This document shows positions 53,436-64,000 of a DNA stretch of 64,000 bases, one piece after another. The stretch comes from the human T2T-CHM13v2.0 reference genome, Homo sapiens. Under the pieces are notes generated by a model. That model did no database searches, was not told the origin of the DNA, and was given only the letters and a program-made list of their open reading frames with translations. The position numbers and the translations under genes are program-made. Where the stretch lies: the NCBI RefSeq assembly GCF_009914755.1, contig NC_060938.1. One strand, 5' to 3'. Each line of letters opens with the position of its first letter. Positions within the stretch are counted from its first letter, which is position 1.

Positions 53436-53474
53436 CCCAGGCCTGCACTGCCGCCTGCCGGCAGGGGTCCAGTC
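53436..53474 (+). promoter_or_regulatory. CTCF site of the BEAD-1 enhancer-blocking element
   Basis: CCCAGGCCTGCACTGCCGCCTGCCGGCAGGGGTCCAGTC with a CTCF-like core CCGGCAGGGGTCCA (53458-53471). Its position between TRDV3 and TEA fits BEAD-1 as I recall it. Confidence 0.72.
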
Positions 53475-54699
53475 CACGAGACCCAGCTCCCTGCTGGCGG
53501 AAGTCCATTTCAGAGCTTCCGGTTCTCCCAAGTCCAAGGATTATGCTCACTCCCCACCCACAGTCTCTTAGTGTCTGTCCCTGCTCTAAAGATGTTGTCT
53601 GGGCTTGATATTAATATGAGAGCTGACTGTTCCCTTCCTGATCTAGACCATAACCATCTTCAAGTTAAATTGCTCCTCCTCTTCTAACTGCCCAACCTCA
53701 CCCACGTCTGACCATACCCAAGCACAGAGAAGTGGGTTTAATGGACCTTCACACAGAAGGACACATCCTCTCCTATAATGCTTTACATGGAAGGTTCAGA
53801 CATAACCTGAGTCCTGCTTGGGGTAGCATCATCATGACTCTCTTGCCCTGGTGTCCTTGCAATATTCCTTGAAAGGCATCCCTCCCCCAAGGAAGGGCAG
53901 GCACTGAGCACAGCAATGCAGTATAATGGCTAAGAGTGGGATCCCGGAGCCAGCCTGCTTGGGTTCACATCAGCTCCGGCTTTTACCAGTTGTGTGACCT
54001 TAAGCATGCCCTAACTCTCCAAGTCTCAATTGCTCCATCTGCAAAATGGAGATAGTAATAGCTTTTCTCACAGGACTATTGGAAAATTTAGTGAGGTCAC
54101 ACATGCAATACACCCAGCAGATAAATGATCTATGAATGTCAGGTATTGCTGTTGCATATTTAATTTAAATGTTGCCATTTTTATTAAATAGACATATGAA
54201 TAGAGTTCCTAAGAGTGTTACTCTCATCAATGCTGCTCAGGGAAAAGATGCTGAGTAAATCTAAATTTTAAAGTTGCAAAATCTAGCAAAAGATTGTTGA
54301 TATGTTGTATCAATCAATGGTTAAAAAAAAAAGACTGACATCTTTAATTTGCTTTCAGTGCTGCAAGCATGTCCTAGAGCTCCGTGATCCCCTGAGACCT
54401 GTGATCCTCTGAGACATGAGCCAGCTGTGCTCTCCCCAAGTCCCTAAGAGCATTAGGAGCATGAGAAGTGAGCATTCCAGCCCCTTGTTCTTATGTCTTC
54501 CAAACATTGTAACAGGCTTGTTCATGAGAGGCCACAATGCATGATCAAGTGACCCCACCACTGAGGAATAGGAGAAAGCCTCAAGATTCAGTGGCCCACT
54601 AAGGACGTATTGCCCTAAGTTTCTCCAACCCATCTTCCTATTGGCATCTGGAGACTATGCCTCTTCCCAAGGTGCTGAGGGTGCTGCAGACCCCACTTG

Positions 54700-55050
54700 C
54701 CCTGCAGGCCCCACCCGCCCACCAGCGAAGAAGGGCTGCCTTTCATTAGCCCAAAACTGCCACTCAAGAGGGGTCCTCAGACAAGGTGGGAGCCAAGAGA
54801 TTTGGCGAACGTCACCCTTGTCCCACAGCTTGGATCTTGATCACTCATATCACTCAGAAGAGGGACTTTTCTCTCTTGTTTCCTTTGAGGTGGGCGGCTT
54901 TGTTTTTGACCTTGTAGCGCCCTCTGCTGCTACTAATTATCGCATCTCCATAAATAGGTCATACTGGAGGTTGATAGAAAATAGATCAGGGAAGGAAAAC
55001 ATTCTTTGTTCACAATTCAAGTCAAAGCTGCTGCTTCTGTCTCCATTCCC
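54700..55050 (+). promoter_or_regulatory. T early alpha (TEA) promoter region
   Basis: About 2 kb upstream of TRAJ61. Contains a strong minus-strand CTCF motif (GCAGCAGAGGGCGCTA, 54915-54930), an ROR element AAATAGGTCA (54952-54961), a CRE-like ACGTCA (~54809) and a GC-rich box (~54710). Confidence 0.75.
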
Positions 55051-57067
55051 TTTTCAACTCTGAGACTGGCAGCTGCTTCTCTGTTGGCCCAAAGGGACTA
55101 TCCTCCACCAGTCACCCAAAGAGGACTGTCTTTAAGGATATGAGATAGCACCCTAAGAGGATAAATGGACATTTTCTTGTCTACAAAAAGCCTAATGCAA
55201 CAGTAGAGGACATAGGGAAATTTCTTTGGATGGATAGAGACAAGTGCATCTCTTTCTTACGAAAGAATAGAAATGTGATTAAAAAGGAAAAGCCTAGAAA
55301 CATCTGAACGTGTGGAAATGGGGGTGAGTGGGCTAGAGAAAGGATTTCTGCATCACTTTCTTCCTGTAGCAATTCCATCCGAGATCCCTGGGACAGACCT
55401 GGCCTGATGAATAGCAGGAAGCACACCAGGGAGGGACAAGGTCCTGCAGACAACCTTCACCACCAGGCTGGGACAGCGCCATGGGGACCCAGGGCCTCTG
55501 CTTTGGGGAAAGACCTTGCTGAGGGCCCCATGGGCAAGAACAAGTGTGAAGAACCCTACTATGGTTTTTTGCCCAATGCCCTCCACAAAGCCAGCGTTTG
55601 AAGGAAAACTGTGAGGAAGAAGGGACACTCCATGGTGTTGTTGTTGCCACCTCTGGAGCAGCCTGTAGCAAGAACAGTCTTGGTCCAACCAGGTCAGTGA
55701 TACTTTTTATGATGGGGCTGTGTGGGACCTGACCTGACTCTTGCTAACCAGATTTCTAAAGCCATCTGCAGGGTCTTTTCTCCTATTATTCCCCAGGGCA
55801 GGGAGGGCAAACAGATTATATCTCCATTATCAAGAGCTAACAATTGGTAGAGACTATGCGGAGCATGCTGGTAAGAAAGATTCTGAGGCCACATCTATAC
55901 TCAGAGGAAGAGAGTGATGTGTTTATTAGCAATATTTACCAAGGGAGCAGAAGCAGGAGGCAACCCCACACCATTTTGTATTTCCCATTCCTGCTCTCGA
56001 TGTCATTCCCTGAAATGAGTCCTGCAGAGAAAGAATAATCAGAGCCAATTCTCCATTGGATTGTCCTTTTGGTAAAGGGCAAATTTTTCCATTTCTGTCT
56101 TTTCCATGGACCATTTCCCCTGCTATCAATTGCTGTTGCCTGCAGCCTAAGAAATAAAATTTTTAAATAAATGAGAACGTTCTATAATTCTCTCTAAAAT
56201 CATAAACAATGTGTCAAGGCCAAACACTTCCCTGGTGTGATTTATTCCTATGTGGACTCATCCTTGTATAATTAGCAGGAATAATCACACCCTGAGCCAG
56301 CTGGCAGAGCCCCTGGGGACAGAGACCACCCAAAGAAGGTCCTTGTTCTCCTGAGTCACATAAAGGGAGTCACACAAGGCGGGAGTGGAACTCAGGTGTC
56401 CGGAGTTCTAGTCCCAGCTCTGCTTCTACCTATCTACATGACCTTGAGCAAATTTATCCCGCAGAGCTTCAGCATTTTCATCTCTAAAATGAGGGCATTG
56501 GCCCAGGCAGCTGTTAAATTTCCTTCCAAGTCTCACATTCTAGGATGCTAATGTGTAAAATTATAGAACTGACCCAAGAGTTATTAGTTCATATCCCCCT
56601 GTGCATGTTGCTTGAACTCCTCATTGCCCAGCAGGAGGAAAAGGGAAAACATGTTTCTTCATTGGGGGGTAGCATAATTTCCTGGTTGACTATGTGTGAC
56701 TCATCAGAGCCTGGCGGTCCAAGCCCATATGCCATTTGAAATCCGGTTATTATTACATCTGGGAGAGAGAAAAGTGCTGAAAACAGCCTTTGGGACACTA
56801 TCGATTTGGCCAAAAAAAAAAGAAGAAGAAGAAGAAGGCTCTGTCTAGTGTGATAACATTTTGTTATCTTATTCATTGTCTTCATCCCTGAAATACACTC
56901 TGCTCTCTCCTATCTCTGCTCTGAAAGGCAGAAAGAGGGCAGCCCTCTCCAAGGCAAAATGGGGCTCCTGTGGGGAACAGAGGGGTGCCTCTGTCAACAA
57001 AGGTGATGCCACATCCCTTTCAACCATGCTGACACCTCTGGTTTTTGTAAAGGTGCCCACTCCTGTG

Positions 57068-57127
57068 GGTACCGGGTTAATAGGAAACTGACATTTGGAG
57101 CCAACACTAGAGGAATCATGAAACTCA
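57068..57127 (+). pseudogene. TRAJ61: TRAJ61 (psi-J-alpha; partner of delta-Rec in TCR-delta deletion and sjTREC formation), YRVNRKLTFGANTRGIMKL
   Basis: RSS GGTTTTTGT-12-TCCTGTG (57040-57067). FGAN instead of FGxG. Non-canonical donor GCAAGT. Confidence 0.95.
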
Positions 57128-57352
57128 GCAAGTAATATTTGGCAGAATTTTTTTTTCTATCTGAAAATTATCAGTGAGAGATTCTAATGTGCCTTAACAA
57201 ACAGGAACAAAAGATGAGTGTTTAATACAATTCAATTTAACAAATATTTATTAAGAGCCTACAGTTATTCCCATGGATCATCTGAGTCAGTTTCCGAGGA
57301 AACATTATCGTTGCCTTAAGGGAGCTGGGGGGTTGTCAACGGGCCAGAGGTG

Positions 57353-57415
57353 GGATGAAAAATGACAACAGATTTACCTCTGGGACCGGGACATGGTTAA
57401 CCACAGCGGCCCTGG
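57353..57415 (+). pseudogene. Unnamed J-alpha-like relic, MKNDNRFTSGTGTWLTTAAL
   Basis: GTG-ending heptamer AGAGGTG, SGTGT motif, J-like length, phase-1 donor G|GTAAGT. Confidence 0.55.
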
Positions 57416-58057
57416 GTAAGTAGCTTAGCTTCAGAAGAAAATGTGCCCAACAGCATGGGTAACCTAAAACACCGGGCAATCCAAATATTCTTTTATGATT
57501 GGCTTTAGCATGTATTTTATTCTTTTGTAGGGCAGGTTTATCTCACCAATTATATATTTTCTTAACTGACCTGTAAAATCTACAGGGGAAAAGTATTTTA
57601 AGAATTATATGTTTCTGCAATTAGGCTCCCAGCAGTCAACAAAGAAGTGGTACTTTTTGTCTTTCCAGTGATGAAAAAGGGAACCTGGCATCCCTGGTGG
57701 CCCACCAGCGTCTCCTTCCCTGGCCTAGGTCAGAACAAGCCGTAAATCAGCAGGCCGTTATCTTCTTATAAATCTGTAGAGCAGGGTGGACAACAAAAGG
57801 CAGCCTGCTAGGTTTTCAGAACATGAGTTCCTTGTGTAGCCAGAGAACCTGGGACCATCCTGACGTGGCTGGTCCTGCTGTCCTCACAGCCTGAATCCCA
57901 GGCTGTATGAATAGGAGAGGTTCAAGTCCAGATGACTGTTCACGATGCTGGTCCCCCTTGCATCCCTAATCATGCTAGAGACATGACCAGGGTCTGAGAG
58001 GAGGAAGTTACAGCACAGCACCAACAGGGGCTTTTGGTAAAGGGCCTGGGCACTATG

Positions 58058-58114
58058 TGAAGATCACCTAGATGCTCAACTTTGGGAAGGGGACTGAGTT
58101 AATTGTGAGCCTGG
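58058..58114 (+). pseudogene. TRAJ60: TRAJ60 pseudogene, KIT*MLNFGKGTELIVSL
   Basis: RSS GCTTTTGGT-12-CACTATG lacks the terminal GTG. In-frame TAG. Donor GTGAGT. Confidence 0.92.
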
Positions 58115-58304
58115 GTGAGTACCTCAACTCCAGAGGTAGCTTTAGCGGAACCCCTCTATACCTAACACCTGGCAATCAGAGGGCTGAAACACTTGGCCAG
58201 ATAATGAATTCTCTTATCCGGTGGGAAAAGGCTGTAAAGATCAAACCACCTTTCCTATGGGTAAGCAAGAGTCTGTAGTTTATGTAAAGGCAGCAGCTCC
58301 TGTG

Positions 58305-58358
58305 GGAAGGAAGGAAACAGGAAATTTACATTTGGAATGGGGACGCAAGTGAGAGTGA
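58305..58358 (+). pseudogene. TRAJ59: TRAJ59 (non-functional ORF), KEGNRKFTFGMGTQVRV
   Basis: RSS AGTTTATGT-12-TCCTGTG (58277-58304). FGxG intact but no splice donor at the expected position. Confidence 0.9.
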
Positions 58359-59458
58359 AGCTATCTTTAAACCAAAGGTGTCAGGTTATTTGGTTTGGTT
58401 TTTGAATTATCTGGAAGTTCCAAAGAAAGAACACTTCTCCCTGAGGATTTGATTGCAAAATTCTGACTTCAAACTTCTAAAAAGATCAAATGTTAAATCA
58501 GATAGTAGGCTTGGAAAACTCTATTTCTCTATGTAAAAAGTAGAGAACTACTTTTCTTTTGTTTGATCATTTTATTTTGTTTAGGAAATAAGAGGATTAG
58601 ATACCCTGGTGGTGAGTGGGGAGGGCAGGGACATTTGCACAGCATTTCTGGATAAATTAGATCCAAATAATCAAATCAAAGACTCTCAGCTCAGAAAGTA
58701 ATTAAAGATCTCCTCACCCACCTCTTTAATTTTGCAAATGAAGACAGTGAAACTCAGAGAGGTTATGAACTTGCTCAAGGTCACACAACTGATCCTGATA
58801 TCAAGGTCCAGGGCAAAGCCAAGACAGCTCATAGTTCTCACCAGCCCAGACCCAAGGGAGAAAAAAACATCATAGTCCTTGGCCACGGCAGCATCATTTG
58901 CATCCCAAACATTCTTTACCCAAGACTTAATGAACTCAAAAAGAAATCCTGAGTTCCAAAGGGAAATAAAATCATTCTGCGTCTGTTGAAAAGAAAAGCA
59001 AGCTAAAGTGGAACAATAATTGAACTTGATATTAGGGGAAAGGTGCAGCCATCTGCAGACTGAGAGAAGGGTGAAAAAAACAAAATGAAAATGCTAGTCT
59101 TGTGTTCAGACAATGATTATGACCATAGAACACTACCTATAAGTTCTGTAGAGCTAATTTCTTTCCCAGTGGGGTTGATATTCTATGATAGATTGCATCA
59201 GCGGTGTGATTGTTTTGGACCATAGAATACGTATACAGAATTGGCTTGTTGAGCCTTCTGGTGTCTTGAAGTGAAAATCATATCTCTGGACATATCTGTC
59301 AGGCCTGAAGCCCTAGGCTACTGGAAAGAAAGATACCATGACTTATCCTTCCTCTAAAGCTTAGAAGTTGGAGAAAAATTCTAGTTCTTGGGAAGCTCTG
59401 CAAAGCAGGGTTCGTTAAGCTGATGCCACAGGTTTTTGCAAAGCCCCTCAGCACAGTG

Positions 59459-59521
59459 TTTAAGAAACCAGTGGCTCTAGGTTGACCTTTGGGGAAGGAA
59501 CACAGCTCACAGTGAATCCTG
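59459..59521 (+). CDS. TRAJ58: TRAJ58, (*)ETSGSRLTFGEGTQLTVNP
   Basis: RSS GGTTTTTGC-12-CACAGTG (59431-59458). In-frame TAA at the 5' end. Donor GTAAGT. Confidence 0.93.
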
Positions 59522-60623
59522 GTAAGTGGAGGGGAGCATTGAATCCTCTGCCTGAATGTATCCATTTTATGCCAATGAATTGAGATATGGCTTCTTGCCC
59601 CATCTCTGCCACATTCAAGTCCTGCTTGGCTAAACAATGCTCACGGATGTGCACGTGTGCAGTGGGATGCAGCTTTTTCTAACCTCTCACAAAATCACGC
59701 AACCCCTTCACCAAACTGCTTGGTGGCTCTTCTGTGCCCTCACAGCCCTTCTAGTTTAGCAGTTAGAGGAAGACAAGTGCCCAAGGGCTTTCTCATTTTT
59801 AGGTCATTGTGGAAAGAGGAACGTTGGTGATATGTTTGCCTGCTTGGGAGGAAAATAATAATGATGATTTACTCATTGGTTTCTATATGCTAGTTGATGT
59901 GCTGCATTCTTTCTCTTATCACATTTAATCCTTATACCAGGTCTGTGAGTTAGGTGCTATTATTATCCTCATTTTATAGAAGAGATATATTTATATTTTA
60001 TATTTCTATAGAAGCACAGAGATGTTGAATAACTTGTTCAAGCCGATGAAGTAAGAAAGAGAACCTGGAGTTTAATTCTTGGCACTCAGATTCCAGAGCT
60101 AAAAGCTTTTCAGTGAGGGGATTATGTCTAGAGGGAATGTCCCTGATGCTCTAGTCTCTAAGGTTGCTAAGATAATCGCTAAAGAACTGCGCTCTCAGCA
60201 AGTAAAGCCAGGGGTTGGTCAACAGGACCACGGTGACCCAGTTACATATTCTTAATCCTTACAACATCATCAAGCAGTTGCTGTTTTCCCCACTTTACAA
60301 GTGAGGAAACTGAGGTGTAGCAAGTTAGGAAACTTGTCCTGAGTTTTAAACTCAAGCCTACCTGCCCCAAAGCCTGAGCTCTTTTAAATTAACTGCAACT
60401 GCTGACCAGTTAGATTAACTAATTACTTAATTAATAAGATAACAACCTAACAGGCTGTAAGGTAAAAAAGTAATCAGATTTGTTCTATAGGTCCCCTCCC
60501 TTTTCGGGAATAGCTATACAATTGTATAATTTTATGCTTCCCCTGGGAGAGTGGGTGGAGCCCTGGCTCCCAGCCCATGATGGAAGGGTCTTGGCAGTAT
60601 TTGTAAAGCAGTCTGTGGGGGTG

Positions 60624-60686
60624 TAACTCAGGGCGGATCTGAAAAGCTGGTCTTTGGAAAGGGAACGAAACTGACAGTAAACCCAT
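60624..60686 (+). CDS. TRAJ57: TRAJ57, TQGGSEKLVFGKGTKLTVNP
   Basis: RSS AGTATTTGT-12-GGGGGTG (60596-60623), FGxG motif, donor GTAAGT. Confidence 0.95.
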
Positions 60687-61272
60687 GTAAGTCTGAATAA
60701 TGCTTCCAAATTTCTCCCTGGAACCCTGATTTCCAAATTTTCCATTCTGTTTTATAACCCAGGTCCAAACCACAGCAGTCCCATTAATGGATTCCAGTGC
60801 AAAACAACTGCTGGTGTATTCCTACTACACGCAGGTCTCTGTTGTTTGCCCTCATGTGCTATTTTATCTAATAGCTGAGAATGACAGTACCAATGGAGCA
60901 CTGAGTTAAGGAGTCAGACTGTTCGAAGGCTTCATTCTTCGTTATAATTGGTGAGATTTTCCATGGGACTAAGAGAAAATTGATTAACTCTCTGAGCCTC
61001 TATTTTCCTCCTCTGTAGAATGGGGGAGGCAGTTCCTGTTCCCATTTTACCACAGCCGGCGTGCTGTGAGGGGATGTTGGTACATTTCCAATAAGGGGAC
61101 AATGAGTGTGAAGAGAAAGGAAGGCCCCAGGTGGTCCGTAAACTCTTCCACCAGTCCCACACTATAAACAGCTGGTTTTATCAGGGGGATTCTTGGATGA
61201 CAAGTAAGCACTTAAGTAAATATCAAGGGGAGTCTGGGCAACTGAGTTTTTGTAGATCCTCGTGTCATTGTG

Positions 61273-61334
61273 TTATACTGGAGCCAATAGTAAGCTGACA
61301 TTTGGAAAAGGAATAACTCTGAGTGTTAGACCAG
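61273..61334 (+). CDS. TRAJ56: TRAJ56, YTGANSKLTFGKGITLSVRP
   Basis: RSS AGTTTTTGT-12-CATTGTG (61245-61272), FGxG motif, donor GTATGT. Confidence 0.95.
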
Positions 61335-63448
61335 GTATGTTTTAATGAATGTTATTTGTTTCCAAACATAAGCCACCATCCTTAGAAATTCAGTGAAAGA
61401 TAACCGAATCTCCTGCCCAGTTATTAGCATCTTTCACCATGGGTCTTTCTGGAGAAAATGACAATGTGGGCAGCCCCTGACTGCAGCCCCTTTGGGACTG
61501 TTTCTTTAACACCTTTAAGTACTTGGGAATGTTCAGTGTGTTTTTGTTAATGTTGGAGATATGTGTCTGACAAATGGAATCTGAATTGAAGTTTTAGTGT
61601 GTAGGGGCAGAAAGCATTTAGAAAGGACAAAAGAAGGACAGATTAGACTAAAATACATACCAATGGCTGGGAGTATGCAATGCAACCCAATCCAAAAGGA
61701 AACAGTGAGATGTAGCCTGCTGATTAAACAACTGAGCCAGCACTCCGTGTCAGCTGACTTGTCTTCCCAAAGCTTCCATGTTGGTGCAATTAGGAAAAGA
61801 ATTGTCTAATCCCCATAACTCAAAATCTTGGAGCCAAGCTAAATTGGGTAAAGCCGTGTAAGATTTTCTGGTACTGACACTGACTACAAGCTGATATTTA
61901 GGGAAAAGTTAAGATTGAAAGCAAATATTCAAATTAGTCAGAAAGACCACGAACTTCTGAAAACAAGCCCCAGGGTGCTGTTAACTGCTGCATTTCTAAT
62001 TGGGTCCTCATGGAACATTTTCATCTCTGCCTTGTCTGAGCTTTCTGCACCAGAGAAGCCCCTTTTGATACCCACTCACTTCTGAGTCCCTCATTGAAAA
62101 GGTGGCAACTAAGCTTAGAGAAGGATTCCCTAATCCAAATGCAATACTTGGGGGAATATTTTGAGTATTGCTCCACCATTCTCAAAACAAACCTAATTTC
62201 AGTTAACTTGAATGTAGCTGAAATTTTGTTCCATGAGGGAATCTCTGCTTTCTATGATAATGCAAGCTCATTTCAAACAATTGTTTGGGATTTAACTTTT
62301 GCTCATAATTCCCAAAAGATACCAACTATTCAATGAGTATCTTAAAATAAAACTACTTTTATGACCAAATTATTATCCCCATTAGAATGGCTAGAATCAG
62401 AATGTCCTAGTATGTATTATGTGAACCCCATGCGACCTTCCTAAAGTTTCTTATGCCTAAAACAGCATAAGAGAGAAAAGCATTTCCACGCTAACCTGTG
62501 TGTTCACTGGTTAACAAAGGTCTAAAGAGCAGGTGAGTCAGCTGCTCCATTTCCAAACTGGACTGGACATTTACAGTCCTGCAGATACTAAAAATGATAA
62601 TCAGGAAAAGCACACACAATTCTACTTTTTCTTATAATTCCCATCTTTCCCAAAGAACTGTTATAAATTCTCTCCCAAAGGTGTTATATTCATCCTTCTT
62701 TTGTTGCCTCTATTTGTGATGTGTACTGAGGTGAAATATTTGTTGAGATTCAAAAACCCCATGAGATTTAACTTAAGCTTTCCCTGTCAGAGAGATTCTA
62801 AGAGCTAAAAGATGGGAAGCTGGTATTTGGGAACTAGATTAAAAAGAAAATCCAAATTAATCCCAAGGAGCAAGGCTCAATAGATAGTTATTTAGACATA
62901 ACATGTCCACCCTGCAAGCCTAGTTGCTCAGTTGACTGGGCTGCCCCTATCTTAGTCTTGCCTGGAAGAGAAATAAGTTGTTTGCCCCATACCTGTCTTG
63001 AGAAATGTCAGCCTCCAGACCTGAAAGCTTCTTGTGATTTGGTTTATTTCTGTAGAGTTTATTATTATACACAGTGTTCTTGAAGTAATAGAGAAGTGCA
63101 TTAGAAGCTCCTGCAAATGGAAATGAAATGTAAATTTAGATTGTAAATACATGACTGCGGTAAATAGATAGCAAGAAAAAGGATGAAGAGATTAGAAATT
63201 TGCCACATTTCTCTAACCCTAAAGGGATGTTTCTATAAATAGTTTAAAACTGTTGAAGACGAAGGGGGAGGAGGAAGGAGAACAGAGGCAAACAGATTTT
63301 CTCCTAATCCTTTCCATTTGGCAAAATTAGAAATGGTTTTTCAATTAAATTTCCCTGAGCAGAGGAAGAAACCATGTCTGTTTCCACACTAAAATTCCTG
63401 TGGGTGGGAGTCTCTAGAGTTGATTTGGAGGATGGATCCCTGTTAGTG

Positions 63449-63505
63449 ACAAGTGCTGGTAATGCTCCTGTTGGGGAAAGGGGATGAGTACAAAAATAAA
63501 TCCAA
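63449..63505 (+). pseudogene. TRAJ55: TRAJ55 pseudogene, KCW*CSCWGKGMSTKINP
   Basis: Degenerate RSS TGATTTGGA-12-GTTAGTG. In-frame TAA. The 5' half reads TSAGNAPV in another frame, suggesting a frameshift. Donor GTAAGT. Confidence 0.88.
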
Positions 63506-64000
63506 GTAAGTGTGGAGGGACAAGAAGATCTCACAGTGCAGGATTTCCCCTGGATTTTCTGCATTGCCTTTTCACCTTTCCTGTCTTAGCACGACAAATT
63601 AGGTCCCAGATGAGCAGGCCCTCGCATTCAAACCGGAAATTTTAAGGAGGAAGCCAGATTAACTTTACTCGGGAGACCTAGTAGACTCTGACTTTAAAGA
63701 TTCTTTTAATCCAGCTGTTTTTAGGGAGAGCTCTGTAAAAGATGAAAGAAATGTTTTAAAAAAAAATTAAAATTCTGTGGGGTGAAAACAAAGATGTTAA
63801 ATATTTGATTGGCAAGGCAACTGGAAAATCTGGACCATGTCTACAACTGCTAAAGGAGGCTTTGTGAAAGAGAAAATGAGCAGCCCAAGGAGATCCTGTC
63901 CTAAACTTCTCTGGCCAGTGAAATTCGGGCCATTCTCTGCCACAGCCCTGGACTGCTAGGAGGGCAGATCATATGTCTTCCTCAGTGGGGAGAGGTGGGC

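Overview
This window is the core of the human T-cell receptor alpha/delta (TRA/TRD) locus, a well-characterised V(D)J recombination system. In order it holds TRDV2, TRDD1, TRDD2, TRDD3, TRDJ1, TRDJ4, TRDJ2, TRDJ3, the E-delta enhancer, the four TRDC exons and the inverted TRDV3. These are followed by the BEAD-1 CTCF site, the TEA promoter region and the first J-alpha segments TRAJ61 (psi-J-alpha) to TRAJ55. Gene segments were identified from their reading frames, splice sites and 12/23 recombination signal sequences (RSS). Most ORFs in the supplied track are artefacts (Alu, LTR or random sequence). I see no wholly new biological system. The best candidates for undescribed structure are: (1) up to three extra decayed J-alpha-like relics (~57.35, ~61.87, ~63.78 kb) that I cannot match to named TRAJ segments; (2) an AluY that appears to have inserted using the TRDV2 RSS nonamer as its target; (3) a palindromic CTCF-like site between TRDV2 and TRDD1; (4) a ~210-bp local duplication upstream of TRDD1 with a 40-bp identical RUNX-containing end; (5) a nested cryptic RSS across TRDD3; (6) twin palindromes downstream of TRDD2. 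Coordinates were counted by hand. Repeat boundaries and subfamily calls are approximate, and no database search was run.
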